Assembly: GCA_052246995.1 (NCBI GenBank)
Contig: JBQPWD010000001.1
Location: 32,001-96,000 of the forward strand
DNA from: Candidatus Bathyarchaeota archaeon
Lineage (GTDB): Archaea; Thermoproteota; Bathyarchaeia; Hecatellales; Hecatellaceae
Direction of reading: 5' to 3'
Length of the DNA: 64,000 nt
Of this stretch, positions 29,619 to 38,966 are shown piece by piece. Within the stretch, counting starts at the first letter, position 1. Each line of letters begins with the position of its first letter. The notes under the pieces are model-generated. The model had not been told where the DNA came from. It was given only the letters and a program-made list of their open reading frames with translations, and did no database searches. The position numbers and the translations under genes were made by a program.

Positions 29619-29897
29619 TTAACCATACTTCCAGCAAACCCCCGTCCCACCTTTGGGGTAATTAAACTCTATAGCATTAGAAGGGCAAACTATCCAGCAG
29701 CATCCACACTCAACACATTTTTCAGTATAATCTTCTAGTATGGAAACCTCCCTATCCTTCAAACTCCACAATCCCATAGGGCATACATTAACACATCTGC
29801 CGCATCTTGTGCAGCGATCTTTATTATGATGTATAAAATTTCCCGTACCCTTAACTCGCTCTACTAATGTTCTAACATCCTCCATTTTAAGCTTCAT
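29619..29897 (-). CDS. FixX-like 2x[4Fe-4S] ferredoxin
   Basis: CTRCGRCVNVCP, CVECGCCWIVCP, C-terminal YPKGGTGV..KYG. Confidence 0.9.
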   Translation of the reverse strand: MKLKMEDVRTLVERVKGTGNFIHHNKDRCTRCGRCVNVCPMGLWSLKDREVSILEDYTEKCVECGCCWIVCPSNAIEFNYPKGGTGVCWKYG

Positions 29898-31270
29898 TCT
29901 CCAATGCTGCCTTTCTTTTTCCTAGTTTTAAGCCACTTCCAACCAAAATTAAGAAACATCTTAAAAGGCGAAACACCTGACTTTCTGATAAGAGGTAGTA
30001 GATAACCTTTTACAATTTCTAAAATAAACTCATAGTTTTCAGAATAATACTTCAATTGTCTCCTAAGGCTTATTATATGTGGAGCAGACCAGTTACCCCA
30101 AAACATAATATTACTTGCAAGTGGGGTAATTTTTTCCCACATAGGTGGGTTAAAAAAGATAGCTGTCCAAAGTTCAGCCCACTCTTTTGCAGCAGAAAAC
30201 TCCTCTCCTATTTCTGACTTTATCCATCTTTCCTCATACATTTTAAGAAATGATGATGAGGTATCTCCTTTTGAAACTGCTTCTGCGGCTACTTCTCCAG
30301 CAATCTTACCTGAAAGCATTGCATAATATATCCCTTCTGCCTCTAAGGGGCAGGGAAACCCTGCCGCGTCTCCAACAAGCATTATTCCATTTCCATATGT
30401 TTTAGTTGGAAGTCTAGGCATCCACGGTAGTAGATGTGCATGAAACTCTCTTGGTTTAGCTTGAAGCAGCTCTATTAACCTTTTTACAGGCTTAGATTCC
30501 AGTATTGGCTTTAAGTACTCGTAGGATTTTGTTTTTGAGGATGCAAGACGCCCCACCCATTGACCAAATCCAATATGAAATCCTTCAGGCATCATTGCAA
30601 TGTAAGTAGCTGGGTAGAGAGGTGAAACATAAACATGATTACAATATTCATCACTGAGTATAGTATTCATCCTCTCTTTGGAAGCAGCAAAATCACAATC
30701 AATCACTAAAGTTATCTCATCAGTTTTCCATTTATCCCGTAAGCCAGCCTTGTAAGCAATAAGAGAAAGAGCCCCGTCAGCTGCTATTACTACACCAGCA
30801 TCAACTTTTTCACCCCTATCAGTTACAACTCCAATAACCTCACCTGTCGACTTTTTTAAAACATCAACTACAAGTGTTGAAGTTTTTAATTCAACACCAG
30901 CCTCAACAGCTATCTTAGCTAGATAACGGTCAAAATCACGGCGATAAACATCATACTGGAAGAATTCTTTTGCTTCAGGAAAATCTACCAAATCACTTGT
31001 AGACCACCATACCTCAAAACGTTCATTTAACTCCTTGTCAAGCAGATGAAGTGCTTGATGTTTTATCTTCACGCCAGGAATGTTCATTTCCTTAACAAAC
31101 CTAAAATCACGAAAAATTCTTGGGGAAAGACCGCATCCTGATGAAGATTTATCACCAGGCTGGGCGCCTCTCTCAAAAATCACGGTTTTTAATCCAGCCT
31201 CGGAGGCTGTTTTTGCAGCTAAAGATCCGCCTGGCCCTGCACCAATCACAACGACATCATACTTTTTCAA
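29894..31270 (-). CDS. FixC/geranylgeranyl-reductase-family flavoprotein
   Basis: GAGPGGS, ERG..PGDK, RRDFD, AADG, VGDAAGF, EGIYYAMLSG; coupled to the FixX-like gene. Confidence 0.88.
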   Translation of the reverse strand: MKKYDVVVIGAGPGGSLAAKTASEAGLKTVIFERGAQPGDKSSSGCGLSPRIFRDFRFVKEMNIPGVKIKHQALHLLDKELNERFEVWWSTSDLVDFPEAKEFFQYDVYRRDFDRYLAKIAVEAGVELKTSTLVVDVLKKSTGEVIGVVTDRGEKVDAGVVIAADGALSLIAYKAGLRDKWKTDEITLVIDCDFAASKERMNTILSDEYCNHVYVSPLYPATYIAMMPEGFHIGFGQWVGRLASSKTKSYEYLKPILESKPVKRLIELLQAKPREFHAHLLPWMPRLPTKTYGNGIMLVGDAAGFPCPLEAEGIYYAMLSGKIAGEVAAEAVSKGDTSSSFLKMYEERWIKSEIGEEFSAAKEWAELWTAIFFNPPMWEKITPLASNIMFWGNWSAPHIISLRRQLKYYSENYEFILEIVKGYLLPLIRKSGVSPFKMFLNFGWKWLKTRKKKGSIGE

Positions 31271-31420
31271 ACAATACTTCCTCCATTTTCTTTATAGTAA
31301 AAGCTTATGATGGAGAATTTACATGAAATTTACATTATATATTAATTATTGTATACTAGTAAAATATAAATGTAAATGTATTTTAAAATCGACTTCTCTA
31401 CTCTAAATGTTTGGTGATGC

Positions 31421-32899
31421 ATGTTGAGTAGTAACGTTTTCATTGACAAACTTATTGAAATTGTTGGCAAGAATAACGTTACATGCGAAAAAAGTTTTCT
31501 TGAAAACTACTCTAAAGACATTAGCTTTGTGCCGCCAATGTCTCCTCAATGTGTTGTATGGCCGATGAACAGAGAAGAAATAGTAAAGATTGTGAATACC
31601 GCAGTAAAGCATAATGTTCCACTAGTTCCAGTAAGCTCAGGTTCTCCTAGGCTTCGTGGTGACACCATTCCAGAAGTTGAGGGGACAGTAGTAGTACACT
31701 TAAGCAGAATGAATAGAATTTTGAGAATAGACAGGAAAAATAGAGTTGTCATGGTTGAGCCTGGAGTTACATTTAACGTGCTTGTGAAAGAAATGTATAA
31801 GCATGGTCTTAGATTGTTAGCACCTCTCTCCCCAAGGTCGTCCAAATCTGTTTTGGCAAGCTGCTTAGAAAGGGAGCCAGTCACTATACCCAAGTATCAC
31901 TGGGATGCGGCTGACCCCCTGCTTTGTACTGAAGTAGTTTTTGGTACAGGAGATGTTTTTAGAACTGGGGCTGCTGCAGGTCCAGGTGGTCTTGAAGAGC
32001 AATGGGCTTCTGGTCAAGCTCAAAAAAATCCTTTAGGTCCAACACAGTTTGACCCGTTTAGGCTTCTTCAAGGAGCTCAAGGCACCATGGGAATAGTTAC
32101 ATGGGCAACAGTTAAATGTGAGCTATTACCTGAAATTAGAAGACTTTTCTTTGTTCCGTCTGATAACCTTGAAGAACTTTTAGATTTTACCTACATAATT
32201 TTAAGACGTAGACTTGGTGATGAGCTTTTCATATTAAACCGTATGAATATGGCTGCACTACTATGTAAGAGTCAAGCTAATATCGAGAAATTAAGGAAAA
32301 AATTGCCTGAATGGATTTTGATTATCTGTTTATCAGGTCGTGGAAGATTAGCTAAAGATGAAATAGAATATCTAGAGGGGGATGTTAGCGATATTGCTTA
32401 CAAGACAGGAGTTAAACTAGTATCTGAAGTAGGTGGAATTTTAGATAAAGAGTTTTTAGTGGTTCTTGAAGTAGGTTGCGAAGACCCTTACTGGAAGTTG
32501 AGGTTTAAAGGGGGTGGTCAAGAAATTTTCTTCCTAACCACGCTTAATAAAACACCTGACTTCTTTAAGGCTTTTGTTGAGGTAGCTAAAGAAGAAAGAT
32601 ATCCTGAAGAGGATATTGGTGTTTACATCCAACCTTTAGTGCAGGGTTGTTATTGTCATTGCGAGTTTGACCTTTATTACGGGTTAACTAACCAGGCTGA
32701 GATAAGTAAGGTATACTACCTTTATATGAGAGGTGGAGAGGTCTTACTTAAGAAAGGAGGCTTTTTTAGTAGACCTTACGGACCATTTGCTAAGCTTGTT
32801 TATAAGTATTGCCCGTCTGAAACTGTTGAAGCTCTTAGAAAAGTTAAGAGGATTTTTGATCCTGAAAATTTGATGAATCCTGGAAAATTATGCTTTTGA
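31421..32899 (+). CDS. FAD-linked oxidoreductase (GlcD/VAO-PCMH family)
   Basis: VVHLSRMNRIL, VEPGVT, EVVFGTG, GAQGTMGIVT, FDPENLMNPGK. Confidence 0.9.
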   Translation: MLSSNVFIDKLIEIVGKNNVTCEKSFLENYSKDISFVPPMSPQCVVWPMNREEIVKIVNTAVKHNVPLVPVSSGSPRLRGDTIPEVEGTVVVHLSRMNRILRIDRKNRVVMVEPGVTFNVLVKEMYKHGLRLLAPLSPRSSKSVLASCLEREPVTIPKYHWDAADPLLCTEVVFGTGDVFRTGAAAGPGGLEEQWASGQAQKNPLGPTQFDPFRLLQGAQGTMGIVTWATVKCELLPEIRRLFFVPSDNLEELLDFTYIILRRRLGDELFILNRMNMAALLCKSQANIEKLRKKLPEWILIICLSGRGRLAKDEIEYLEGDVSDIAYKTGVKLVSEVGGILDKEFLVVLEVGCEDPYWKLRFKGGGQEIFFLTTLNKTPDFFKAFVEVAKEERYPEEDIGVYIQPLVQGCYCHCEFDLYYGLTNQAEISKVYYLYMRGGEVLLKKGGFFSRPYGPFAKLVYKYCPSETVEALRKVKRIFDPENLMNPGKLCF

Positions 32900-32910
32900 G
32901 GTGTTAAATT

Positions 32911-34185
32911 ATGCAAAGCTTGAAAGATTATGAAAAGATCGTAGCCAGCTGTGTTAGATGTTCTAATTGTAAATTTATTCCAGCACTCCAAGTCAAGAGT
33001 CAAAGGTTCTCAACAGTCTGTCCTGCTATTGACCGCTATAATTTTCATGCCTACTCTGGGGGTGGAAAAATGATTATAGCTTACTCCCTCCTTAAAGGAA
33101 GGATCAGCTATAGTGACGAGCTTATCAAGGTAATATATAGGTGCACCCTTTGTGGAGGTTGTGATATTTCATGTAAATACTTCTTTGACTTGGAACCTCT
33201 TGAAGTAATAAGCGAGTTAAGGTTTCATTGTGTTGAAAATGAAGCAGGTCCAATGCCACAGCATAAAAGATGGATTACAAGCATTAAACAAAACCATAAT
33301 CCATACGGGGAATCACATGAAAAAAGATTTTCATGGATGCCCAGCGGAGTTAAGCCACGTAGCACCTCCGAAACTGTTTACTTTGTAGGTTGTACACCTT
33401 CCTATAGGAGGAATGAAATAGCTAGGGCAACTATCAAAATACTTGATGTCCTCGATGTTAACTACATGATTCTTGAAGCGGATGAGTATTGTTGTGGTAG
33501 TCCTATGTTTAGAGTTGGAGCGAAAAAAGAAGCTTTAAAACTGATGTCCCGAAATGTGGAAACCCTAAAAAAATATGGTATTAAAAGAATTATAACCAGT
33601 TGTGCTGGCTGCTACAGCATGTTTAAGGTTGAATATCCCAAGTACCTTAACACAAATTTTGAAGCTCTTCATGTTTCTGAATTACTTGACTTTATGATTA
33701 AGAGCGGGGAGTTAAAGTTTGTCAGGGATGTACCATTGAAGGTTACTTATCATGATCCTTGCCATTTAGGAAGGAACTCAGAACCTTATACGCCATGGAA
33801 GGGTGAGCTAGTGAAGGTGGTTTCACGTGTGTATATACCTGTTCCCCCTAAACCTATCAGGAGGGGTACAAATGGAGTATACGAAGCTCCAAGAAACATT
33901 CTTAGAAATATACCTGGCTTAAAGTTGATTGAAATGGAAAGGATAAGAGAATATGCCTACTGTTGTGGGGCGGGGGGAGGAGTTAAATCCGCTTTTCCTG
34001 ATTTTGCCTTATGGGTTGCGGGTAAAAGAATAGAGGAGGCTAAAGCCACAGGTGCTGAAGCATTAGTCTCATGTTGTCCTTTTTGTGCCACAAACTTTAA
34101 AGATGCTTTAAAGGAGAGAAGTGAAAAGATGAATTACTATGATATAACGGAACTTGTCTTAATGGCTATAGGAGGTGATGCTTAA
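32911..34185 (+). CDS. Fe-S oxidoreductase with CCG domains (GlcF/HdrD-like)
   Basis: CVRCSNC...CP, CTLCGGCDISC, YCCG, CAGC, YHDPCHLGR, CCGAGGG, CPFC. Confidence 0.92.
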   Translation: MQSLKDYEKIVASCVRCSNCKFIPALQVKSQRFSTVCPAIDRYNFHAYSGGGKMIIAYSLLKGRISYSDELIKVIYRCTLCGGCDISCKYFFDLEPLEVISELRFHCVENEAGPMPQHKRWITSIKQNHNPYGESHEKRFSWMPSGVKPRSTSETVYFVGCTPSYRRNEIARATIKILDVLDVNYMILEADEYCCGSPMFRVGAKKEALKLMSRNVETLKKYGIKRIITSCAGCYSMFKVEYPKYLNTNFEALHVSELLDFMIKSGELKFVRDVPLKVTYHDPCHLGRNSEPYTPWKGELVKVVSRVYIPVPPKPIRRGTNGVYEAPRNILRNIPGLKLIEMERIREYAYCCGAGGGVKSAFPDFALWVAGKRIEEAKATGAEALVSCCPFCATNFKDALKERSEKMNYYDITELVLMAIGGDA

Positions 34186-35753
34186 TGTTAGAAAGAGAAG
34201 TTTATAAAGCCCTTGAGGAGATTGTTGGACCTGAAAATATAACAGATGAACCTGCCATCCTTGACACGTACGCTTACCAGTGGGGAATTGAGGTTGAAAG
34301 GGCGTTAAGAGGTGAAGAACCTTCACGCTTTGGCTATAGACCAGAAGCCGTTGTTCTTCCTTCATGCACCAGTGAAGTTCAAGCAGTTGTTAGGATTTGT
34401 AATAAGTTTGGTTTAAAATTTAAGGCCCACAGTACTGGTCTTGGGAATTGGGCGGCAGTATCTAGACAAGGTGTTATACTGCTTGACCTTAGAAGGATGA
34501 ATAGAATAATTAAAATAGATGAGAAAAACATGTATGCGGTAATAGAACCTTATGTAACAGGTGCTCAACTTCAAGCTGAGTTAATAAAAAGAGGTCTAAC
34601 TCATCATCTTCATGGAGCTGGTCCTCAAACATCTCCTTTAGCAAGTCATACTTCCATGTGTGGTCCAGGTTTTACCTCTGTAAGCACAGGGTTTAGTGGA
34701 AGAAACTTATTAGCCGTAGAATGGGTTCTTCCAACCGGGGATATTTTAAGGTTAGGGTCACTTAACCTTGGAGAGGAATGGTTCAGTGGGGATGGGCCTG
34801 GTCCAAGTCTTAGAGGGGTTATGAGAGGTTTTATGGGTACCCTCGGAGGACTTGGAGTGTTTACAAAGTGTGCCATCAAGGTTTATCCATGGCCTGGACC
34901 AAAAGAATGGGAGGTACGCGGAACCATTCCAAATTACGAGTTTGAGGTTCCACCTTACTGGGAAATGTACATAATAACCTACTCTGATTGGAGTAAACTA
35001 GAAGAAGCTTACTATAGGATTGGAGAAGCCGAAGTAGCTACAATAGCAAATTCAACCTCTCCTGAAGGAGTTGCAACAATGCTCTCCTCAACAAGGGATG
35101 AAGCCATAAGTAGAATTCTAGAGTATTCAGGTAAAATTCAGATGGCTATTGTGGTATTAGTAACAGCACATACTGAAAGAGAATTCAACTATAAAACTAG
35201 GGTAATGAGTGAAATAATAAAAGAAACAGGTGGAGTAGACCTTGTTGAGAAGGGAGAGGTAAAGATTAAGTCGATAAACTATGCTGAGGGTGTTAGAAAC
35301 ATGTGGGGAAGCGCAGCATTCCGTTTTACTTCATGTTTTCAAAGTACTCATGGAAGTATGGATACGACCGCTATGGCTTTAAAGATTGCTAAAGTAAACA
35401 AGGATATTAAGCTTAAGTACATTAGGAAGGAGCTCATAGGGGATGATAGAGGAGAAGGAATATGGACCACTATCTTTGAACATGGACACTTCCAACATTT
35501 AGAAGTTCCAACAATATATGATCCTACAGATCCGGAGTCATGTAGGGGGTTTGCAGAATACTTAAAAGAATGTAATGAAGCAGACGTAGAGCACAAACTC
35601 GGAGTTCCGTTCTTTATAATAGGAGATAATCTTCATAACTGGTTTGGTCCCTACTGTAATAACTACCAGATATGGCTTCGAAAAATTAAAAAAGAATTTG
35701 ACCCAAACAATACCTCTGACCCCGGACACTACGTATCCTCAGAGGAAAGCTAG
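34185..35753 (+). CDS. FAD-linked oxidoreductase (GlcD/VAO-PCMH family)
   Basis: PEAVVLP, LLDLRRMNRI, IEPYVT, VEWVLPTG, GGLGVFTK, FDPNN. Confidence 0.9.
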   Translation: MLEREVYKALEEIVGPENITDEPAILDTYAYQWGIEVERALRGEEPSRFGYRPEAVVLPSCTSEVQAVVRICNKFGLKFKAHSTGLGNWAAVSRQGVILLDLRRMNRIIKIDEKNMYAVIEPYVTGAQLQAELIKRGLTHHLHGAGPQTSPLASHTSMCGPGFTSVSTGFSGRNLLAVEWVLPTGDILRLGSLNLGEEWFSGDGPGPSLRGVMRGFMGTLGGLGVFTKCAIKVYPWPGPKEWEVRGTIPNYEFEVPPYWEMYIITYSDWSKLEEAYYRIGEAEVATIANSTSPEGVATMLSSTRDEAISRILEYSGKIQMAIVVLVTAHTEREFNYKTRVMSEIIKETGGVDLVEKGEVKIKSINYAEGVRNMWGSAAFRFTSCFQSTHGSMDTTAMALKIAKVNKDIKLKYIRKELIGDDRGEGIWTTIFEHGHFQHLEVPTIYDPTDPESCRGFAEYLKECNEADVEHKLGVPFFIIGDNLHNWFGPYCNNYQIWLRKIKKEFDPNNTSDPGHYVSSEES

Positions 35754-35963
35754 AAAGGTAAGGACAATACTACATTACCTGCCTGCATCATTAATACTCA
35801 AATTTTTACATAATCCGGTTTCTTAAACATCCTTCCATAATCGGCCCCGACCATGATTTTTGAGAGAGCCAAAATTTTTAGCTTTCAAGTTTAAATCTTT
35901 AAATAGATTGAAAATTTAATGGAATGAGGTCAACTTTTAAAGGCTTACTGTTAAGGTGGAAGT

Positions 35964-36638
35964 TTGAGAAAAAAGGTAAAGGTTAAGGCTGTACTTTTTG
36001 ATTTTGATGGTACAATAATGGATTCCATGGGCATATTATATGAAATATTTAATGCTGTTTTGAAGAAGTTTGGTTTACCGTCGATTACACCTCAACAGTT
36101 TTGTGAGAAAGCTGGTAGACCTGTTAGTGGCATTCTTAGAAAAACTGTTTTGAAAAATAGAAAAATTGATGATGCTTTTGTGAAAAGCTTTGAAAGCGAG
36201 TTTGTTAAAATGTATGTTGAGGAGGGTTTCAAAAATAGTAAACCTTTTCCCAATATATACAAAACATTAGATTTTTTGCGTCTTCACGGTATTAAAACTG
36301 CTGTTGTAACGGCAACGCCAAGAGCCTTTTTAGAAGACAACCTGAACAGGTTTAATTTAAAAAGATATTTTGATGTTGTTGTTGCAAGGGAGGATGTTAA
36401 AAATTTTAAGCCTGCTCCAGATGCTATTTTACAAGCTATTACACTTTTAAAGGTTAAACCTAATGAATGTGTAATCGTTGGAGATAGTCCTCTTGATATT
36501 AGAGCTGGAAAAAAAGCTAAGATTAAAACCATAGCGGTTTCTACTGGTTTATGCAGTAAAGAAAGGTTGCAAAAGGAAAAACCTACGTTGCTGATAGAAG
36601 ATATTTCAGAGCTTCTGGAAATTATCCAAAAAACGTAG
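35964..36638 (+). CDS. HAD-superfamily phosphatase (Gph-like)
   Basis: FDFDGTIMDS, KPAPD, VGDSPLD. Confidence 0.93.
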   Translation: MRKKVKVKAVLFDFDGTIMDSMGILYEIFNAVLKKFGLPSITPQQFCEKAGRPVSGILRKTVLKNRKIDDAFVKSFESEFVKMYVEEGFKNSKPFPNIYKTLDFLRLHGIKTAVVTATPRAFLEDNLNRFNLKRYFDVVVAREDVKNFKPAPDAILQAITLLKVKPNECVIVGDSPLDIRAGKKAKIKTIAVSTGLCSKERLQKEKPTLLIEDISELLEIIQKT

Positions 36639-36799
36639 AGTACAAATAAAGGCTATTTCTCTATCCACTTCTTAGCATTTAACTTTTTATATTCGACAAA
36701 TGAGCATTATCAAACAGAATGTTTGTACATTTATCTTTTTACAAAAATTTTTTGACTAAAAGTTTTTATATAACTTCAAACCATCAGTTTTGATATGAT

Positions 36800-38197
36800 G
36801 TGCAATTTTCCTGGCAGAAAGGTGAAAGGTTGGTGGCAAAATTAAATCCAAAAAACTTTGAAGCTATCCTTGAAAAGCTTGAAGAAAAAAGAATGCTGCA
36901 AATTAGTTTAATAAGAAGTTTAACAAGTAGAGAATTTAACCCTGAAATGTGGGAAAAGCTTAAAGAATCGTTATACTACTACAAGCCTCTTAATGTTAAC
37001 GTTATAGTTGATGATACAACCTTACGAGAAGGTCTTCAAATGGCTGAACTTATAAGTCCAAACCCTTATGACATGTGTAAAATTGCATGTTTACTTAGGG
37101 ATATTGGTGTTGAAAGAATTGAAGTTATAACTTATACAAAGTCCGACCAAGATGCAATTAAACTTATGCATGATGAAGGCTTAGGGGAAATGTTGGCTGG
37201 TTGGTGTAGAGCAAGTAAAGATGATGTAGATTTGGCATTAAAGCTTGATTTTAAGCAAATAGGTATTTCTCATCCTGTATCTTACATTCACTTTGAAAAG
37301 TGGAAAGGTGAAAGACTGGATAAAATTGTTGAGGGTATTGCTGAAAGTGTTGAATATGCTGTAGACCATGGTTTAAAAGTTTTTTTCCATGGTGAAGATT
37401 GTACAAGAGCTGACTGGGAATTTGAAAAATTTGTTGTAAACGTTGTCGCTGAAGCTGGGGCAATGGTTTACAGGATATGCGACACAGTTGGTATAGGAAA
37501 TTCGGATCCTGGTTTTCCCTTACCTTCAGGAATCCCAACAAAGGTTAAAAAGCTTAAAGAGGAAACAAAAATTCCCTACCTTGAAATTCATGCGCATGAT
37601 GACCTTGGAAATGCTGTTGAAAATACCATGGCCGCCATAAGAGCTGCTTCAGGATTATATGATAAGTTTTACGTTAGCACTACCTTTTTAGGTATTGGGG
37701 AGAGGTGTGGAAATGCTGAAACCGAAAAAATAATTATGAATTGTTACATGCATCACAACATTAAAAAATGGAACCTAGGTCTTCTAAGATATACTGCAAA
37801 CTATATTGCCACAGCCTTAAACTACTACTTACCATTAAATAAAGCCATTGTTGGAGATGCAGCTTTCCAACATGAATCAGGAATACACCTTCAAGGGATA
37901 AAGAATTTATCATTAACCTATGAACTCTATCCTCCAGAACTTGTAGGTCAAAAAAGAAGAATAATTATAGGTAAAAGGTCAGGTAAACATGGTATCCATA
38001 TGAAGGTTGAAGAAAAAATCGGTAAAGTTGTAGAGGAAGATGACCCAAGATTAGCACAACTTGTTCAAATAGTTAAGGATAAGTATTCAGCTGGGGATAG
38101 AAGGTTTGCTCTAAGCGAAGACGAATTTATGGAGCTTTTAAAACAAGTAGGCTTTGTACAAAATAACATCGAAAAAGACACAACTCTAAAAACCTAA
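36800..38197 (+). CDS. DRE-TIM acyltransferase (homocitrate/isopropylmalate/Re-citrate synthase family) lacking a LeuA regulatory domain
   Basis: DTTLREGLQ, GWCRA, EDCTRAD, HAHDDLG, GERCGNA, HESGIH; true start may be slightly downstream. Confidence 0.88.
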   Translation: MQFSWQKGERLVAKLNPKNFEAILEKLEEKRMLQISLIRSLTSREFNPEMWEKLKESLYYYKPLNVNVIVDDTTLREGLQMAELISPNPYDMCKIACLLRDIGVERIEVITYTKSDQDAIKLMHDEGLGEMLAGWCRASKDDVDLALKLDFKQIGISHPVSYIHFEKWKGERLDKIVEGIAESVEYAVDHGLKVFFHGEDCTRADWEFEKFVVNVVAEAGAMVYRICDTVGIGNSDPGFPLPSGIPTKVKKLKEETKIPYLEIHAHDDLGNAVENTMAAIRAASGLYDKFYVSTTFLGIGERCGNAETEKIIMNCYMHHNIKKWNLGLLRYTANYIATALNYYLPLNKAIVGDAAFQHESGIHLQGIKNLSLTYELYPPELVGQKRRIIIGKRSGKHGIHMKVEEKIGKVVEEDDPRLAQLVQIVKDKYSAGDRRFALSEDEFMELLKQVGFVQNNIEKDTTLKT

Positions 38198-38309
38198 ATG
38201 TCCTCTTTTAACACAAAAACTTCTGAAAATTTTCCCTCTTTTTTCTTGGAAAAGCTTTTCCTAACACTTATTAGAAAATTATCAGGTTTTAAATAGGTAG
38301 AACAAGTTT

Positions 38310-38804
38310 TTAGAGCTTTAAAGCCCATTCTACACCTTGTCCAGGTTTTTCTTCAATTATTACGGAAATGGTTTTGATATTTCCCATTTTAAATGCTCCA
38401 TCCATCTTAAGCTTGCTTATAAGCTTTAAGCAGAAATCCTTAGCTAAATTTTCACATGTAGAGTCTTCAACTTCAAGTTTAACAACATCTTCTAATGGGA
38501 AAACGTACCTTTTACCTTTAAATGTTTTAACTTCAACATAATCCTCATGTTCCTCTATTTTTAATAAAGGATTTAAAACTGGTAGTAAAAACTTATGGTC
38601 ATAATACTTACAAACGTTTAAAGCAGCCTTTTTTAGAGTTAAAAAGTTGATAATAACTCCTTGCAAAGGTTCACCATCAACATAAATCCTAACATGGTAA
38701 TTATGTCCATGCAAAGTTTCACAAAAATCTTTACCTGTTAAAAAGTGTGCTGAGGAAAAGTTTAAATTATCTCCTTCAATGATAAGTTTCAAGGTTTTCA
38801 CCAA
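38310..38804 (-). CDS. queD: 6-carboxytetrahydropterin synthase (QueD/PTPS family)
   Basis: FSSAHF, CETLHGHNY, DHKFL, STCENLA. Confidence 0.9.
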   Translation of the reverse strand: MVKTLKLIIEGDNLNFSSAHFLTGKDFCETLHGHNYHVRIYVDGEPLQGVIINFLTLKKAALNVCKYYDHKFLLPVLNPLLKIEEHEDYVEVKTFKGKRYVFPLEDVVKLEVEDSTCENLAKDFCLKLISKLKMDGAFKMGNIKTISVIIEEKPGQGVEWALKL

Positions 38805-38966
38805 AATCGCGCTTAAGGTTAAGTTAGGTCCTTAACTGGTGATATTGGTAAGTTTCAAATAGTTATACTTATTGTTTCCTTTTATATGAAGCCAAAAAAG
38901 CTTTAGTTACACTACAGAACATAATAACTTTACAAGAACGAGCTAAATGTTAAGTAGTGGTAAAAA

